This document shows, one piece after another, positions 1 to 11,089 of a stretch of 64,000 bases of DNA (the stretch's first letter is position 1; every line of letters starts with the position of its first letter). The notes under the pieces were generated by a model that worked only from the letters and a program-made list of their open reading frames with translations, was not told where the DNA came from and did no database searches. The position numbers and the translations under genes were made by a program. This DNA is from Callorhinchus milii (lineage: Eukaryota), in assembly GCF_018977255.1 (NCBI RefSeq), contig NW_024704742.1:39248001-39312000 (forward strand), read 5' to 3'.

Positions 1-200
1 CTTGTGTGATGGGGTTAGTATTAGATGTCGGCTTGTGTGATGGGGTTAGTATTAGATGTAGACTTGTTGCTGTGTTGAAGGGGTTAGTATTAGATGTAGA
101 ATTGTTGCTATGTTGATGGGTGAGTATTAGATGTAGACCCGTTGCTGTGTGATGGGGTGAGTATTAGATGTAGACCTGTTGCTGTGTGATGGGGTTGGTG
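1..200. repeat. Degenerate ~30-36 bp tandem repeat (GATGGGGTTAGTATTAGATGTAGAC...)
   Basis: About 5-6 recurring units of gatggggt(t/g)agtattagatgt. Confidence 0.85.
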
Positions 201-310
201 TCAGTTGTCGGTTTGCTGTTGGCTGTCGGTAGATTTCTACTCTGTTGCTGACAACCGATGGGAGTTGTCGGTGGATGGTGATGTGAAAGTGATCGCCGTG
301 TGGCCATGAA

Positions 311-535
311 GAGTGTGTGTGTGAGAGAGAGAGAGAGGGAGTGTGAGAGAGAGAGATGGAGTGTGAGAGACAGAGGGAGTGTGTGTGTGAGAGAGAGGGA
401 GAGAGGGAGTGTGTGAGAGAGAGATGGAGTGTGAGAGACAGAGGGAGTGTGCGTGTGAGAGAGAGGGAGAGAGGGAGTGTGTGAGAGAGAGATGGAGTGT
501 GAGAGACAGAGGGAGTGTGTGAGAGAGAGAGAGGG
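311..535. repeat. Compound GA/GT microsatellite with ~60-bp higher-order unit
   Basis: gagatggagtgtgagagacagagggagtgtg recurs three times within GA/GT runs. Confidence 0.9.
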
Positions 536-786
536 GGTGGGGGGGGGGCGCTCATCACATCCCAGCTGAACACATGCAGTAAAGGAGCAGCTGACAGCAG
601 CCCCCGCACTCTTATTGTACCCAATAACAATCCTAAAATCAACACCTGGGAAGTGAACTGTGTTTAGTATCTGAGGGTTGCAAACACTGGGTACGTTTTT
701 TTCTCTCTCCATCGACCTCTCTCCTCTTCCTCTCTCTGGTTGTTGAATCGGGGACTGTAACTTTTATTAGTTGTGTGAAGATGGCT

Positions 787-1447
787 GCGCTGGGCTGAGC
801 TGGGCTGGGTTTAGCTGGGCTGACATGGGCTGATCTGAGCTAGGCTGGGCTGTGCTGATCTGAGCTAGGCTGGGCTGTGCTGATCTGAGCTAGGCTGGGC
901 TGTGCTGATCTGAGCTAGGCTGGGCTGTGCTGATCTGAGCTAGGCTGGGCTGTGCTGATCTGAGCTAGGCTGGGCTGTGCTGATCTGAGCTAGGCTGGGC
1001 TGTGCTGATCTGAGCTAGGCTGGGCTGTGCTGATCTGAGCTAGGCTGGGCTGTGCTGATCTGAGCTAGGCTGGGCTGTGCTGATCTGAGCTAGGCTGTGC
1101 TGATCTGAGCTAGGCTGGGCTGTGCTGATCTGAGCTAGGCTGGGCTGTGCTGATCTGAGCTAGGCTGGGCTGTGCTGATCTGAGCTCGGCTTATCTGACC
1201 TAGGCTAAGCTGGGCTCGGTTTAGCTGGGCTTGGCTGGTGTGGGCTGGGCTGGTGTGGGCTGGGCTGGTGTGGGCTGGGCTGGTGGCTGGGCTGGTGGCT
1301 GGGCTGGTGTGGCTGGCTGGTGTGGGCTGGGCTGGTGTGGGCTGGGCTGGTGTGGGCTGGGCTGGTGTGGGCTGGGCTGGTGTGGGCTGGGCTGGTGTGG
1401 GCTGGGCTGGTGTGGGCTGGGCTGGTGTGGGCTGGGCTGGGCTGAAC
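787..1447. repeat. Pentamer-based G-rich tandem array: ~14 x 25-mer GCTGATCTGAGCTAGGCTGGGCTGT, then 15-mer GGCTGGTGTGGGCTG
   Basis: Direct reading: 25-mer at 829-1185 (one unit lacks a pentamer), 15-mer at ~1233-1440. Confidence 0.95.
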
Positions 1448-1534
1448 TGCTCTCTGGTTTTCCATTGCCACCAGTAAAGCACCTCGGCTGGGGCCGGTGT
1501 GGACGTTCTGTACAGGAGCGCGGGGGAGTGGGAA

Positions 1535-2027
1535 GCACAAAGCCCTCCCCCCCCCCCGTGCACAAAGCCCTCCCCCCCCGCGCACAAAGCCCTCCCCCCC
1601 GCGCGCAGTGCCCGCCCCTCCCCACGCGCAAAGTCCACCCTCCCCACGCGCAAAGTCCACCCTCCCCACACACAAAGTCCACCCTCCCCATGCACAAAGT
1701 CCACCCTCCCCACGCACAAAGCCCCCTCCCCACGCACAAAGCCCACCGCCCCATGCACAAAGCCCACCCCCCCACGCACAAAGCCCACCCCCGCGCGCAC
1801 AAAGCCCACCCCCCCGCGCGCAAAGTCCACTTTCCCCCCCCGCGCACAAAGCCTACCTTCCCCCCCGCACACAAAGCCCACCCCCCCACGCACAAAGCCC
1901 ACCCCCCACGCACAAAGCCCACCCCCCCACGCACAAAGCCCACCCCCCCATGCACAAAGCCCACCCCCCACCACGCACAAAGCCCACCCCCCCCCATGCA
2001 CAAAGCCCACCCCCCGCGCACAAAGTC
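1535..2027. repeat. C-rich minisatellite, ~21-23 bp unit GCACAAAGCCCACCCCCCCAC
   Basis: About 20 units; G-runs on the minus strand. Confidence 0.95.
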
Positions 2028-2794
2028 AGTAAAAGAGCAGGATAAGTCTTCTTTAAGAACCAGTAATCTTCTTCCATAGTAGGCTTGAGACAGGCATCAC
2101 CGAGTGAACCAGAGGAAGAAATTGTGTGGCAAAGAAGAGCAAAGCTTCCTTTGTGGATGAGGATAAGATTTGGAACCAACATTTGTACATTGGGTTTCAG
2201 GTTAAGTTGGTATTTTTGAAGTTAGAATTATTTATTTATACAGAGGGTAACCAATGGCTGGAACAGGTTATTTAGAAGAATAGTTTAGGTTAAGATTCTG
2301 GATGCATTTTTTAAAAAAAATGGCTGATGTTATAATAGGAACAAAGATATTCTTGAAAGAAAAGATCAAATAAGCTAAAGGACCTTCTTCATCCAAACCT
2401 CTCAAGATGATTTGAAAAAATTGCAAACCCTTGTACACGACTCAGAGATAACATAGGCCATAGGCCAGTGTAGGGTATAGATTTTCTAATTTTAATTGTA
2501 GCAAATAACGTGTTCTGCTGTCTTTTGTTATTCACAGTATATAAACAATCATAAAGTCTCATCTCACAATATTAGCCTTATCTGATCTTTGCGAACTCGC
2601 AAATCACAAAATTAGTCCCTTTGGCCCATCTGATCTCATCCTTCCAGAATACCCACCCATATGATCACAAGATTAGTTCAAATGAAAATTAATATTTTGC
2701 TTGCTATCTAAAATGACTTCTGGTTAAATTTTGTTACCAAAATATCAGTGTCAAAGATCTCATTTTTTTCCCGTGGTCAGCCTGGTGTCAACCT

Positions 2795-3050
2795 ATGACT
2801 ATGCTTATCAGTGCCCAACCTAGACTGAAAGTTGAATGCATGCCACTTCCATGTGGAAGTTTCTGTGTCTGGAATATAATATGCACTCTCCCTGGAGGGA
2901 TGCACACTGCTTATCTTATCTTGGAGACATGTAGTTGCAAATTGGCAAGGCTTGGGGATCCTAGAGTGTTGCATTGGGATACTACTGGAGTTTAACCAGC
3001 TAAAATTGTATAGCTTGCCATTGAAAGCACTGTCTGGCAAGTTTCCTGCC
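2795..3050 (+). repeat. Old unclassified dispersed repeat, copy 1 (others at ~46620-46880 and ~49850-50075)
   Basis: Shared blocks ctctccctggaggg, caaggcttggggatc, gtt(t/c)aaccagctaaa, tagcttgcc. Confidence 0.7.
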
Positions 3051-3926
3051 TGTCCGAGCTAGAACCACTTACCCATTAGGGCTTTGGCTTTGAGGGTTAA
3101 CTGGAACTGAGTGGGAACCTCAATGTCCTGCTGATGAGGTAGACTGGCTGATCTGTCGTTTGTGGGCCCACCTGGTTCAGGAATCAGACTACTGAGGCTG
3201 TCACAAAGATGTGACTCAATTCTGACATTCTTTGCCATGTCACCTTGGAGAAAGTTCAGCTGCAACGAGACCCCGCTTACTCCCCTCCACCCCCCCACCC
3301 CCCGGAGGATAGATACTAGTTGGTTATTTGACATCCAACAAGCGCAGGTTTTAGCCCCCACTAAGTAGATGGCAGGTACCAGGAATTTCCTGCGAGCTGC
3401 ATGGTGAGTAGCATAGTTCAGCATGAAATATGTGAGAGCCAGAATTATCATCATCTTCTTGTCCGCAGCTCAGATACACATCCTACCCATTGAACGATGA
3501 TTCCACCAAGTTAAGGTGTGGCCTCTGCCTACCAATAAAGGTGGATGCCAAGCCCTGAATAGATGGACATGCATTCACAAACTGGACTCAAGGTAACACC
3601 TTCCAGTAGCTGTCACCCAAGCCTCAGACTTTCTTTATCCGCTGTTCGCTGGACATTATTTTCATATATGAAGGGTGGAATCCATGTCAGACATGATATT
3701 TTCCATTGAACCTGAAATGTTTAACAACTGTAGAAGTTGAGAAGTGGTTTTGATTCCTGGGTAGGGTGAAATGTATTTTCCCCCCTGCTCCGGTCATGAC
3801 CCAACTGTGCAGCGCCTTGGGACGTCCTCCTGACGTGAAAGGCGCTTTATAAATGGAATCTTGTTGTTGTTGTTGTATTTATAAAGTGAAAGGCCTTTTA
3901 TAAATGCAATCTTGTTGTTGGGCAAG

Positions 3927-4453
3927 TTTCAGAACTCTGCAGCTCGTGTACTGTCCCGCACCAGGCTTCACGACCACATCACTCCCACTCCACTGGCTCC
4001 CCATCCCCCAGAGGATTGAATTCAAGTCCTCATCCTCACCTACAAGGCCATTCACGGCCTTGCTCCCTCCTACCTCTCCGACCTACTATCCCCCTACTTA
4101 CCTGCCCGTACCCTCCGTTCCTCTGGCTCCGATATGCTCCACATCCCCCGCCCCAACTGCTCTACTATCGGTGGCTGGGCCTTCAGCCTCTCAGCCCCTA
4201 GGCCCTGGAACTCCATCCCCCAGTGCCTTCGCCTTGCTTCCTCCCTTTCCTCCTTCAAGGCCGGTCTCAAGACCTTTCTCTTCAACCGTGCCTTCAGCTC
4301 CCCTCTCGACTCTCTACCCCCTCCTCGCTCCTTCCCTCCCCTCACCCTGACCTTTTCCCCCCCTGCTCGGGTCCCGAACCAATTGTCCAGCGCCTTGGGA
4401 CGTCCTCCCGACATGAAAGGTGCTCTATAAATGAAATCTTGTTGTTGTTGTTG
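3927..4453 (+). mobile_element. L2-clade LINE 3' fragment
   Basis: Translates to QNSAARV..HIT..LHWLPIPQRIEFK and FSLSAPRPWNSIP..LRLASSLSSFKAGLKTFLF; ends in hairpin plus (TTG)n tail; a second tail copy at ~3786-3876. Confidence 0.85.
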
Positions 4454-4718
4454 TTTCCTTACTCCACACACCTCTGTTTACCTAGCATTTAGTAGGAACC
4501 TGGTTGTTAGTCGATTGGAGGATCGCTTTTCCGGGGATAATAATCCTTCAAAAACAATAATAATCCATGACTCTTTGTGGGACACTACTGTCTACAATTG
4601 GCTGCCACGTTTCGCTCACAAATATACAGACAATTCACTTTATAGTATATTCTGTGAAGCGCTTTGAGATGTTTAAAAGATGTGAAAAGCACTAAATTGA
4701 ATGCAAGGTTTATTATTA
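4452..4718 (+). mobile_element. tRNA/Deu-SINE, 5'-truncated
   Basis: Deu-like core tgtgggacactactgtctacaattggctgcc and ATT tail. Confidence 0.8.
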
Positions 4719-5145
4719 CTCCAGTTTAAGTAAAAGATAGGTAACAGTAAGGTTAAAGTGCCAAATTTTAAAAGGAAGAGGAAAGGATGAGAGTGCAGGA
4801 AACAAAAGAAAAGTACTCGTAACAAATTCTTATACCTACTGGGATACATTCATGGGACTCTATTCCTCAAAGTTTTGTTACCAGGAGGAGACGCACTGTT
4901 CCAGAGCAACTTCATTTAGTTAACATTAGCGCTTTAGCATACTTTGGATTGACATAGGAGTTCCTTTGGATCCAGTCAATCCAGGCATGGCACAATATTG
5001 TCTCACACCTTGCTGTTTGGAAGAGTTGGGTGGCTCTAGATTAAATGATGGAACTAACTTTTCATAAACAACGTTCATAAACTATGGGCATATATTTATA
5101 AATTATGGAGTTAAAAGTAACTTTGATATTTCTTTCTCATTATAG

Positions 5146-5470
5146 GTTGAGGAGCCTCTTGTCCCTGTGTAAGCTGCTCTCGAATGGTACTTGTTTCCAA
5201 GGAATACATGCAGTTTTAATTTAGAGAGGAAATCCTTTTTTTCTATTCCTGCTTTTTGAGGAAGTGCACAACAGTAACTGGAAGTGATGAAAATCTGCTT
5301 TTAATCTGCTTTCACTTATTGATTACTTGAGAATTGCAGAACTAGATTTCTATATCGAAATTGATATTGATATTGGGAAAGGGTTTCGTTGATGTATAAG
5401 AAGAAGAAATACATCTCCAGAAATCAAATTGCTTGAAGAGTATTGAAATTGCGAAGCATTTTTAAACAAA
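5146..5470 (+). other. ZNF518B: 5' UTR part of the ZNF518B coding exon; splice acceptor at 5144-5145
   Basis: Polypyrimidine tract tctttctcattatag|gttg upstream of the long ORF. Confidence 0.6.
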
Positions 5471-8400
5471 ATGCAGCTGAAATGGTTACGAGTGCTGTTG
5501 CCTAAAATGGAAGATATTGCAGGGAAAGAGAGTTTTGCCAATGCTGCGTCAAACGTCTCTATGAAATCTGGTACTGGAAGAAGGCAGACTGCAAGGAAGA
5601 CTGCAGGATTGAAGAAGTCTACTTTGGATCATTCTAGCGCAAAGAGACAACATTTTGCCTCAAACCAGCATTTGGGTAAAAATAAAGAGCCAACAGAGAT
5701 ATGTGGTGATTTTGAAGGATACAGAAAGGACATAAATGAAATGTTAATGTTTTGTGTTAAATGTAAAGATATCCAGCAATTTAGTTTTACAGAATTACAA
5801 CAGCACTGCCGACAAAACCATCCTGAAGATAAGCCTTTATTTGTTTGTAGCCAATGTGGGTTTACTATTGATGATGCAGAACAAATGAATGCACATGCAA
5901 TTTCGCATGAAATGGATAACGTATTGAATACAATGCAGAGTGAAAATAAGGAAGATCAATCCTCAATTGTAGAGGGAAAGCTACCAAAAAGGAGACATTT
6001 GAAGCCCAATACAATGTATTGTAATAAATGTAGATTTTCAACAAAAGATCCATTACAGTTTCAAAAACATATTCTGAGACATGAAGAAATTCAGTACAAG
6101 TGTGGACGATGTGAACGGGTCTGCTATACGAGGGGAGAATTTCAGCGCCACTCCGTGCAACATACAGGAACATTTCCCTTCAAATGTAGGTATTGTGATT
6201 ATGGTGCAGTCCGAAAGGATTATGTTGTAAAACACACTAAGGGTGTACATCGTGACATCATAAAAANCGGTGGGTCTGTACTTGTACTACCAATGAGAAA
6301 AGGCAGCAAGAAGAAAGCTGTCTCCAAAATGAAGAATGTATTGAAAGTTAAACGAACAGCAATGGAACAAAGTGAGAATTCGGCTAATGTTGGTTTTCAG
6401 AATCTGGAGGGATTTTCATTGCCTTTAGGACTGAAATCTATTAATGGATCTTCTGAAATGAAGGATTTGGATAATGCTGCTTCTCTGGAAGCTTGTGTGA
6501 ACACCTGTGATATTGTAAGTTTGGAAAACTCTATGGTAGAAAATACTAATATTTTGAATTGCTCTTCTATGGAGGCCAGCAAAGTCCAGCTGAAGCTGCA
6601 GACATCTTCCAACCACACAGTCCAACCTGGTGCTCCATTAACTCTGGTTGCTCCAGCACAGATGGTTATTCCTTCCAACTGCTTGGCTCAGCTCATAGAA
6701 ATAAAAACAGTTAATGAGAAACAACAATTGGTATTCAAAATAATACCATCGACTGCTGTCCCTATGTTAGAAGCTAATGCATCTGGAGTGATTGCAAAGC
6801 CATCACAAGAACTGAATAATGCCCACATTGTACAACCGCAGAATCGCAGAGTCTTAAATCAATCATGTACACTGCTGACAAACCATGTGGATCCCACAAA
6901 TGAACTGCTCCAGTTAGATCCTATAAATAAAATTGCAGATACTAAACAGAATAGAATGGGCCTAAATGCTAACTTTATCATTTCAAGGCCACTCTCTACG
7001 ATTGATGCAGAATCGGTATCAAACAAAAAGGGTGTATTAGAGTGTAGAAGTGAAGACAGTTCAAAAACAAATGGAAGAGAAGAAAATCTAACTTCAATAA
7101 GAGAGTCTAGTGAAAATCAGCTAAAAGATGAAGGTCTTGCTTATGAACAACTGGAAAAAGTTACAGAACACAGCAATTATGGAAAAATGACCTCTGGCAA
7201 AGGTTCATTTACAAAACCATTTGCTGAAAGTGTATATGTGACAAATAAAACTAAAATGATTTTTTGTAATGCTCAAATAGCAAAAGACGACAGTTGTAAA
7301 AGTTTTAGCAAAGCAGTTGTATCATTCCCCTCGTATAGGACTCAGCAAAATATGCAACTTAGCATCACATCTCCTCGTACTTTACTCACTGTTGACAAAG
7401 ATTCAGAATTACAGACTAAGTCATCCACCAACTGCACAACTCGGGCTGCTAAAAATAGTGATAAGCAAATTACCCCTAATTTATGTATAGAACAGACTGG
7501 ATTTATATCTAACAAGATGTTTCACACAGATTATTCAAAAAAGCAAAGACTTACTGAGCAATCTATTGGTATGGAAACTTGCAATAGTTCTAAAATTCAC
7601 AGTAAGTGTTCTGTTGCTTTAAAGGAATGTAGTAACATAACTCAATTCAATTCTGAGGATTGTAGTGTGAAGTGTGTTAACAATCCGTATCCTGCATTGG
7701 AGCTAGGGGTCAACAGCAGGAATAAGCTATATTTGTCCGTTCAGGACTCTGATGCATCTAAGCACAAACAAATTAATGACAGTACAGATAAAACTAAATC
7801 AAGCTGCAATCATATTTTGATTACACAGGCACAAAGTCAGAGTCCAAAAAGTACAGCAGATGTTTATGCAAATGGGTCATCTATATCTACATTCTTGAAT
7901 GAATTATTAGTGCCTGTGGGTGACAAAACTGAAAACAAACACTCATTGTCTCTTTCCAGTATGCAGCCTGCACAGGACTCCAAAGTATCTCGATCACAAG
8001 ATGCAGCAATAAATGCAGAGGTGGTTCCTGATTTTAGAAACCAGTGTGACTTAATTAGAGCTGAGACTATTGATGATCCTTCTGTCAGTATACAATGGCC
8101 TATCATTTCTTCTGTATTTTCTCTTAGCTGTGGTTCTAACGATGTGCCAGAAGCTATTCGATGGGATAATGAGCACGAGAATACTTGCTCTCCATCCAAT
8201 TCTGCACAAGAAACATCAATAGGTAGTAATTTGCAAACTAAATCAGATTCCCAGTTTGTAAAAAATGGAGATGGAAAGGAATATCAAAGAAACTGCTTAT
8301 TTGCATCATCTGAGCATACTGTAAAACCAGTTGATCACTTTTACGCTATTCAGACAAAGGCTGAGAATGTCATAACTAATTCTGGGCAAAAGGAGCTGAA

Positions 8401-10873
8401 CAAAAACTACCATTTTGGAGAGCCAAGTCAAAAAAATCCACCATGTGTGTCAACATGTGGAAATATAGACCTCAATACAACGTCGGTTCAATTAGTAACA
8501 ATGCTAAATGGAAACCCATTTCACCTGCACAATGGCAGTAACATCTTAGCTGAACATTCTTCACTACAACCATCTCTCCCGTCTCCAATATCACCTGTGG
8601 AAATTGATGATCATTCTTCTCCATGTCATTCCCAACAGTTACCTGATAATGTCAGTGTGTACAGGGATGTATCCCATATATCAAGTGGATATTCTAAAAA
8701 ATCAAGCAGTTCTAATGTCTCCTTGGGATCTTCTGTCACAAGCAGTACAGAAGGGAAGTGTGCTACAAAAATGGATAGCATTGTACAGAGAATAGAAACC
8801 AGTGATATGTCTGATACCAATGTGATTCCATTAAGCACTGTCACCCGAAACGATGAAACTAATTGCCCCTCAGTCTTGGGTCTTAAAACATTTCCACTTC
8901 TGTCCTCAGAACCTGGAACTTTTCAAAACAAAGTAATGCCGAGGACTCTATCTTCAACTGTAAGTGAACTCGGGATAGCTTCAGTTTCACCTAATTATAG
9001 CGACACCACTTTAGTTGCATCAATGCCTTGTGGAATTTCGCCATGTGGTTTGAAACCACACAAGTTATCTTCAGTAAATCCACATTTTACAATTGAAAAT
9101 CAATTGGTAATGCCACTTTCAAACAATTCTGAATCAACAACAATTCCAAATTCAAGAGGAAATTATTTTTTCCGGAATGTTTGCTCTTCTCCAGAGGAAG
9201 TACAAGAAGGCAAAACTGGGGTAGCATCCTCATCCGTCCATGGGCTTAGCTTGCAAGGTAATATTTCATCATTTGTTTCAAATTATATTCCAAGTGCAGG
9301 TTCCACAAGTGCCAATTCTGCTTCTAATCATACTGTTCAAGAACTTGGTGAAGAGTCTTACAGTTTTGATGAAACCATGCAGCTCATAGAAAAGATCACC
9401 GTTTCAACCAGAGCAAAACAACAAAGTTCTATATTGTCAAGCGCATCTGCTGTATGTAACCAAAGTAACCATAACAAAAGTCAATTGAGCATAAACAAAA
9501 CTACGTCTATCATACCTCTTGACATTGAACAAAGTAAACTTAAATCTGAAGTATCAGAGAACGTCTCTGAACAACCTGAACACGCCACAAAGATTCTAGT
9601 ATCACAGAGCACAGTTGAAAATGGATCTGTAAATTATGTTCAGGGACAGAAGGTATCAAATCCACATCAGCAGTCCAGCTCTGGAAACTCATGTGTTTCA
9701 CGACTGTTGAGTTCTACAAAATGCTGTATTGATTTTGACAATGCATCTTCACATTTCCTAGTAAAGCGTATTTTAGGCCCTGGGAATTCTAAACAAGGAA
9801 CTACCTACAGAGTTGTTCCCAGTGGTATTGTACTTAAAGTGTTGAATCCTGTTGATGACTCCAAGCAGGAGAAAATAACTGCTGCAACTGTACATTGCCA
9901 ATCCCTCCCTCAGTTAAAAAACCTTCACAGAGTATTGTGTCCCACACCAGTGACATTTAGCATGGCAGCAAAATCAGTGTTGAAAACACCATCTATGACA
10001 AAGAAGCAAAAAGCTTCTGCCAAAACTCAATCACAAAACAATCGCTCAGCTGAAGCAAAAGCCCAAGAAACCAACCTCTGTGATCAATCTTTTGTTTCCA
10101 CAGTGGGTCCAAATTCAACTGTATGTGGCACTGCTTCAGTTAAGACAGTTGCTCATCATAAATCTCAACTGTTAAAATCTGGGAGGAAAATGCCCCTGAA
10201 TCGCAGGAATATGAGAAAAAGAAAATTTGATCAGGTGCAGGATAATGTCACATTAAAAAAGACCCAAAAAAGGGATATTTGTCCTGTTTTTGCTGGTAGC
10301 CATGAGTTATTGAAAACAGCCCGCAGACTGAGGCTCAGACCCTTTAATGAAGATCAGTTGGTCAAATGTCCTCGTCGCAATCAGCCCGTAGTTGTGTTAA
10401 ACCATCCAGATGTGGATGCATCAGAGGTAATTAATGTAATGCAAACTATAGGCAAGTATAAAGGACATGTTCTCAAGGTGGTTTTATCTCAAAGAACTGT
10501 TATTTCTCTTAGGCTAAAAGAGAAACACCAAAGACGGGAGCTAAGAAACCGAAGCAAATCCATTGACAAAAGGAAGAACTGTAGGGTAGTCAGTCCGGTA
10601 AAAGAAAGACACATGTTGAAGATGAAATTAAAAAAGATCCATAAAAATAATTATCAAATAGTGAAAAATGTTCAAAATGAATTTCTGCAGATCAAATTCC
10701 ACTGTTGGTTTTGTGGACGAATGTTTTGCAATCAGGAAGAATGGATTGCTCATGGACAACGTCACTTAATGGAAGCCACCAGGGACTGGAATGATGTTAC
10801 CACCATTCAGGAAAGTGTAGTAGGTGAAAGCAAAGACTTGAACATGAAAAAAGGAGAAAGAAATCCTATATAG
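5471..10873 (+). CDS. ZNF518B: Zinc finger protein 518B (single coding exon, 1800 aa; alternative start M13 at 5507, aaaATGG)
   Basis: Finger cluster YCNKCRFSTKDPLQFQKH..YTRGEFQRH..HTGTFPFKCRYCDYGAVRKDYVVKHTKGVH matches human ZNF518B as recalled; C-terminal ZNF518 signatures QLVKCPRRNQPVVVLNHPD and HCWFCGRMFCNQEEWIAHGQRH; adjacent to CLNK. One N at 6267 (codon ANC, cannot be a stop). Confidence 0.92.
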   Translation: MQLKWLRVLLPKMEDIAGKESFANAASNVSMKSGTGRRQTARKTAGLKKSTLDHSSAKRQHFASNQHLGKNKEPTEICGDFEGYRKDINEMLMFCVKCKDIQQFSFTELQQHCRQNHPEDKPLFVCSQCGFTIDDAEQMNAHAISHEMDNVLNTMQSENKEDQSSIVEGKLPKRRHLKPNTMYCNKCRFSTKDPLQFQKHILRHEEIQYKCGRCERVCYTRGEFQRHSVQHTGTFPFKCRYCDYGAVRKDYVVKHTKGVHRDIIKXGGSVLVLPMRKGSKKKAVSKMKNVLKVKRTAMEQSENSANVGFQNLEGFSLPLGLKSINGSSEMKDLDNAASLEACVNTCDIVSLENSMVENTNILNCSSMEASKVQLKLQTSSNHTVQPGAPLTLVAPAQMVIPSNCLAQLIEIKTVNEKQQLVFKIIPSTAVPMLEANASGVIAKPSQELNNAHIVQPQNRRVLNQSCTLLTNHVDPTNELLQLDPINKIADTKQNRMGLNANFIISRPLSTIDAESVSNKKGVLECRSEDSSKTNGREENLTSIRESSENQLKDEGLAYEQLEKVTEHSNYGKMTSGKGSFTKPFAESVYVTNKTKMIFCNAQIAKDDSCKSFSKAVVSFPSYRTQQNMQLSITSPRTLLTVDKDSELQTKSSTNCTTRAAKNSDKQITPNLCIEQTGFISNKMFHTDYSKKQRLTEQSIGMETCNSSKIHSKCSVALKECSNITQFNSEDCSVKCVNNPYPALELGVNSRNKLYLSVQDSDASKHKQINDSTDKTKSSCNHILITQAQSQSPKSTADVYANGSSISTFLNELLVPVGDKTENKHSLSLSSMQPAQDSKVSRSQDAAINAEVVPDFRNQCDLIRAETIDDPSVSIQWPIISSVFSLSCGSNDVPEAIRWDNEHENTCSPSNSAQETSIGSNLQTKSDSQFVKNGDGKEYQRNCLFASSEHTVKPVDHFYAIQTKAENVITNSGQKELNKNYHFGEPSQKNPPCVSTCGNIDLNTTSVQLVTMLNGNPFHLHNGSNILAEHSSLQPSLPSPISPVEIDDHSSPCHSQQLPDNVSVYRDVSHISSGYSKKSSSSNVSLGSSVTSSTEGKCATKMDSIVQRIETSDMSDTNVIPLSTVTRNDETNCPSVLGLKTFPLLSSEPGTFQNKVMPRTLSSTVSELGIASVSPNYSDTTLVASMPCGISPCGLKPHKLSSVNPHFTIENQLVMPLSNNSESTTIPNSRGNYFFRNVCSSPEEVQEGKTGVASSSVHGLSLQGNISSFVSNYIPSAGSTSANSASNHTVQELGEESYSFDETMQLIEKITVSTRAKQQSSILSSASAVCNQSNHNKSQLSINKTTSIIPLDIEQSKLKSEVSENVSEQPEHATKILVSQSTVENGSVNYVQGQKVSNPHQQSSSGNSCVSRLLSSTKCCIDFDNASSHFLVKRILGPGNSKQGTTYRVVPSGIVLKVLNPVDDSKQEKITAATVHCQSLPQLKNLHRVLCPTPVTFSMAAKSVLKTPSMTKKQKASAKTQSQNNRSAEAKAQETNLCDQSFVSTVGPNSTVCGTASVKTVAHHKSQLLKSGRKMPLNRRNMRKRKFDQVQDNVTLKKTQKRDICPVFAGSHELLKTARRLRLRPFNEDQLVKCPRRNQPVVVLNHPDVDASEVINVMQTIGKYKGHVLKVVLSQRTVISLRLKEKHQRRELRNRSKSIDKRKNCRVVSPVKERHMLKMKLKKIHKNNYQIVKNVQNEFLQIKFHCWFCGRMFCNQEEWIAHGQRHLMEATRDWNDVTTIQESVVGESKDLNMKKGERNPI

Positions 10874-11089
10874 CGTGTCTTGCTGAGGAAAGTTACAGAT
10901 ATTGAGAAGGTCCTGAGTTGTCTTTTTGCGTAAACAGGCTCAATGTAAACAAAGGAACAACACACAAGTAATTCATTGTGGGACCGTTTTTGTTTGTAAT
11001 TTATGGAAATCCTATTTGCGCTCTTGCCCACTTGCATAAATTCCAACTATCTCAGCTGTCGTGATAGTAGGGTGCTACCATGGTCCTTA

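Noticed and set aside
127..2182. Many overlapping 80-290 aa ORFs on both strands
   Set aside because: All are translations of stop-poor tandem repeats; no domain or splice context.
6267..6267. Possible disruption of ZNF518B at the N base
   Set aside because: Codon ANC cannot be a stop and the frame continues to the conserved C-terminus.
5471..10873. ZNF518A instead of ZNF518B
   Set aside because: CRFSTKDPLQ..YT.GEFQRH..HTG.FP..C.YCDYGA.R.DY.VKH matches the B paralogue as recalled, and the neighbour is CLNK.
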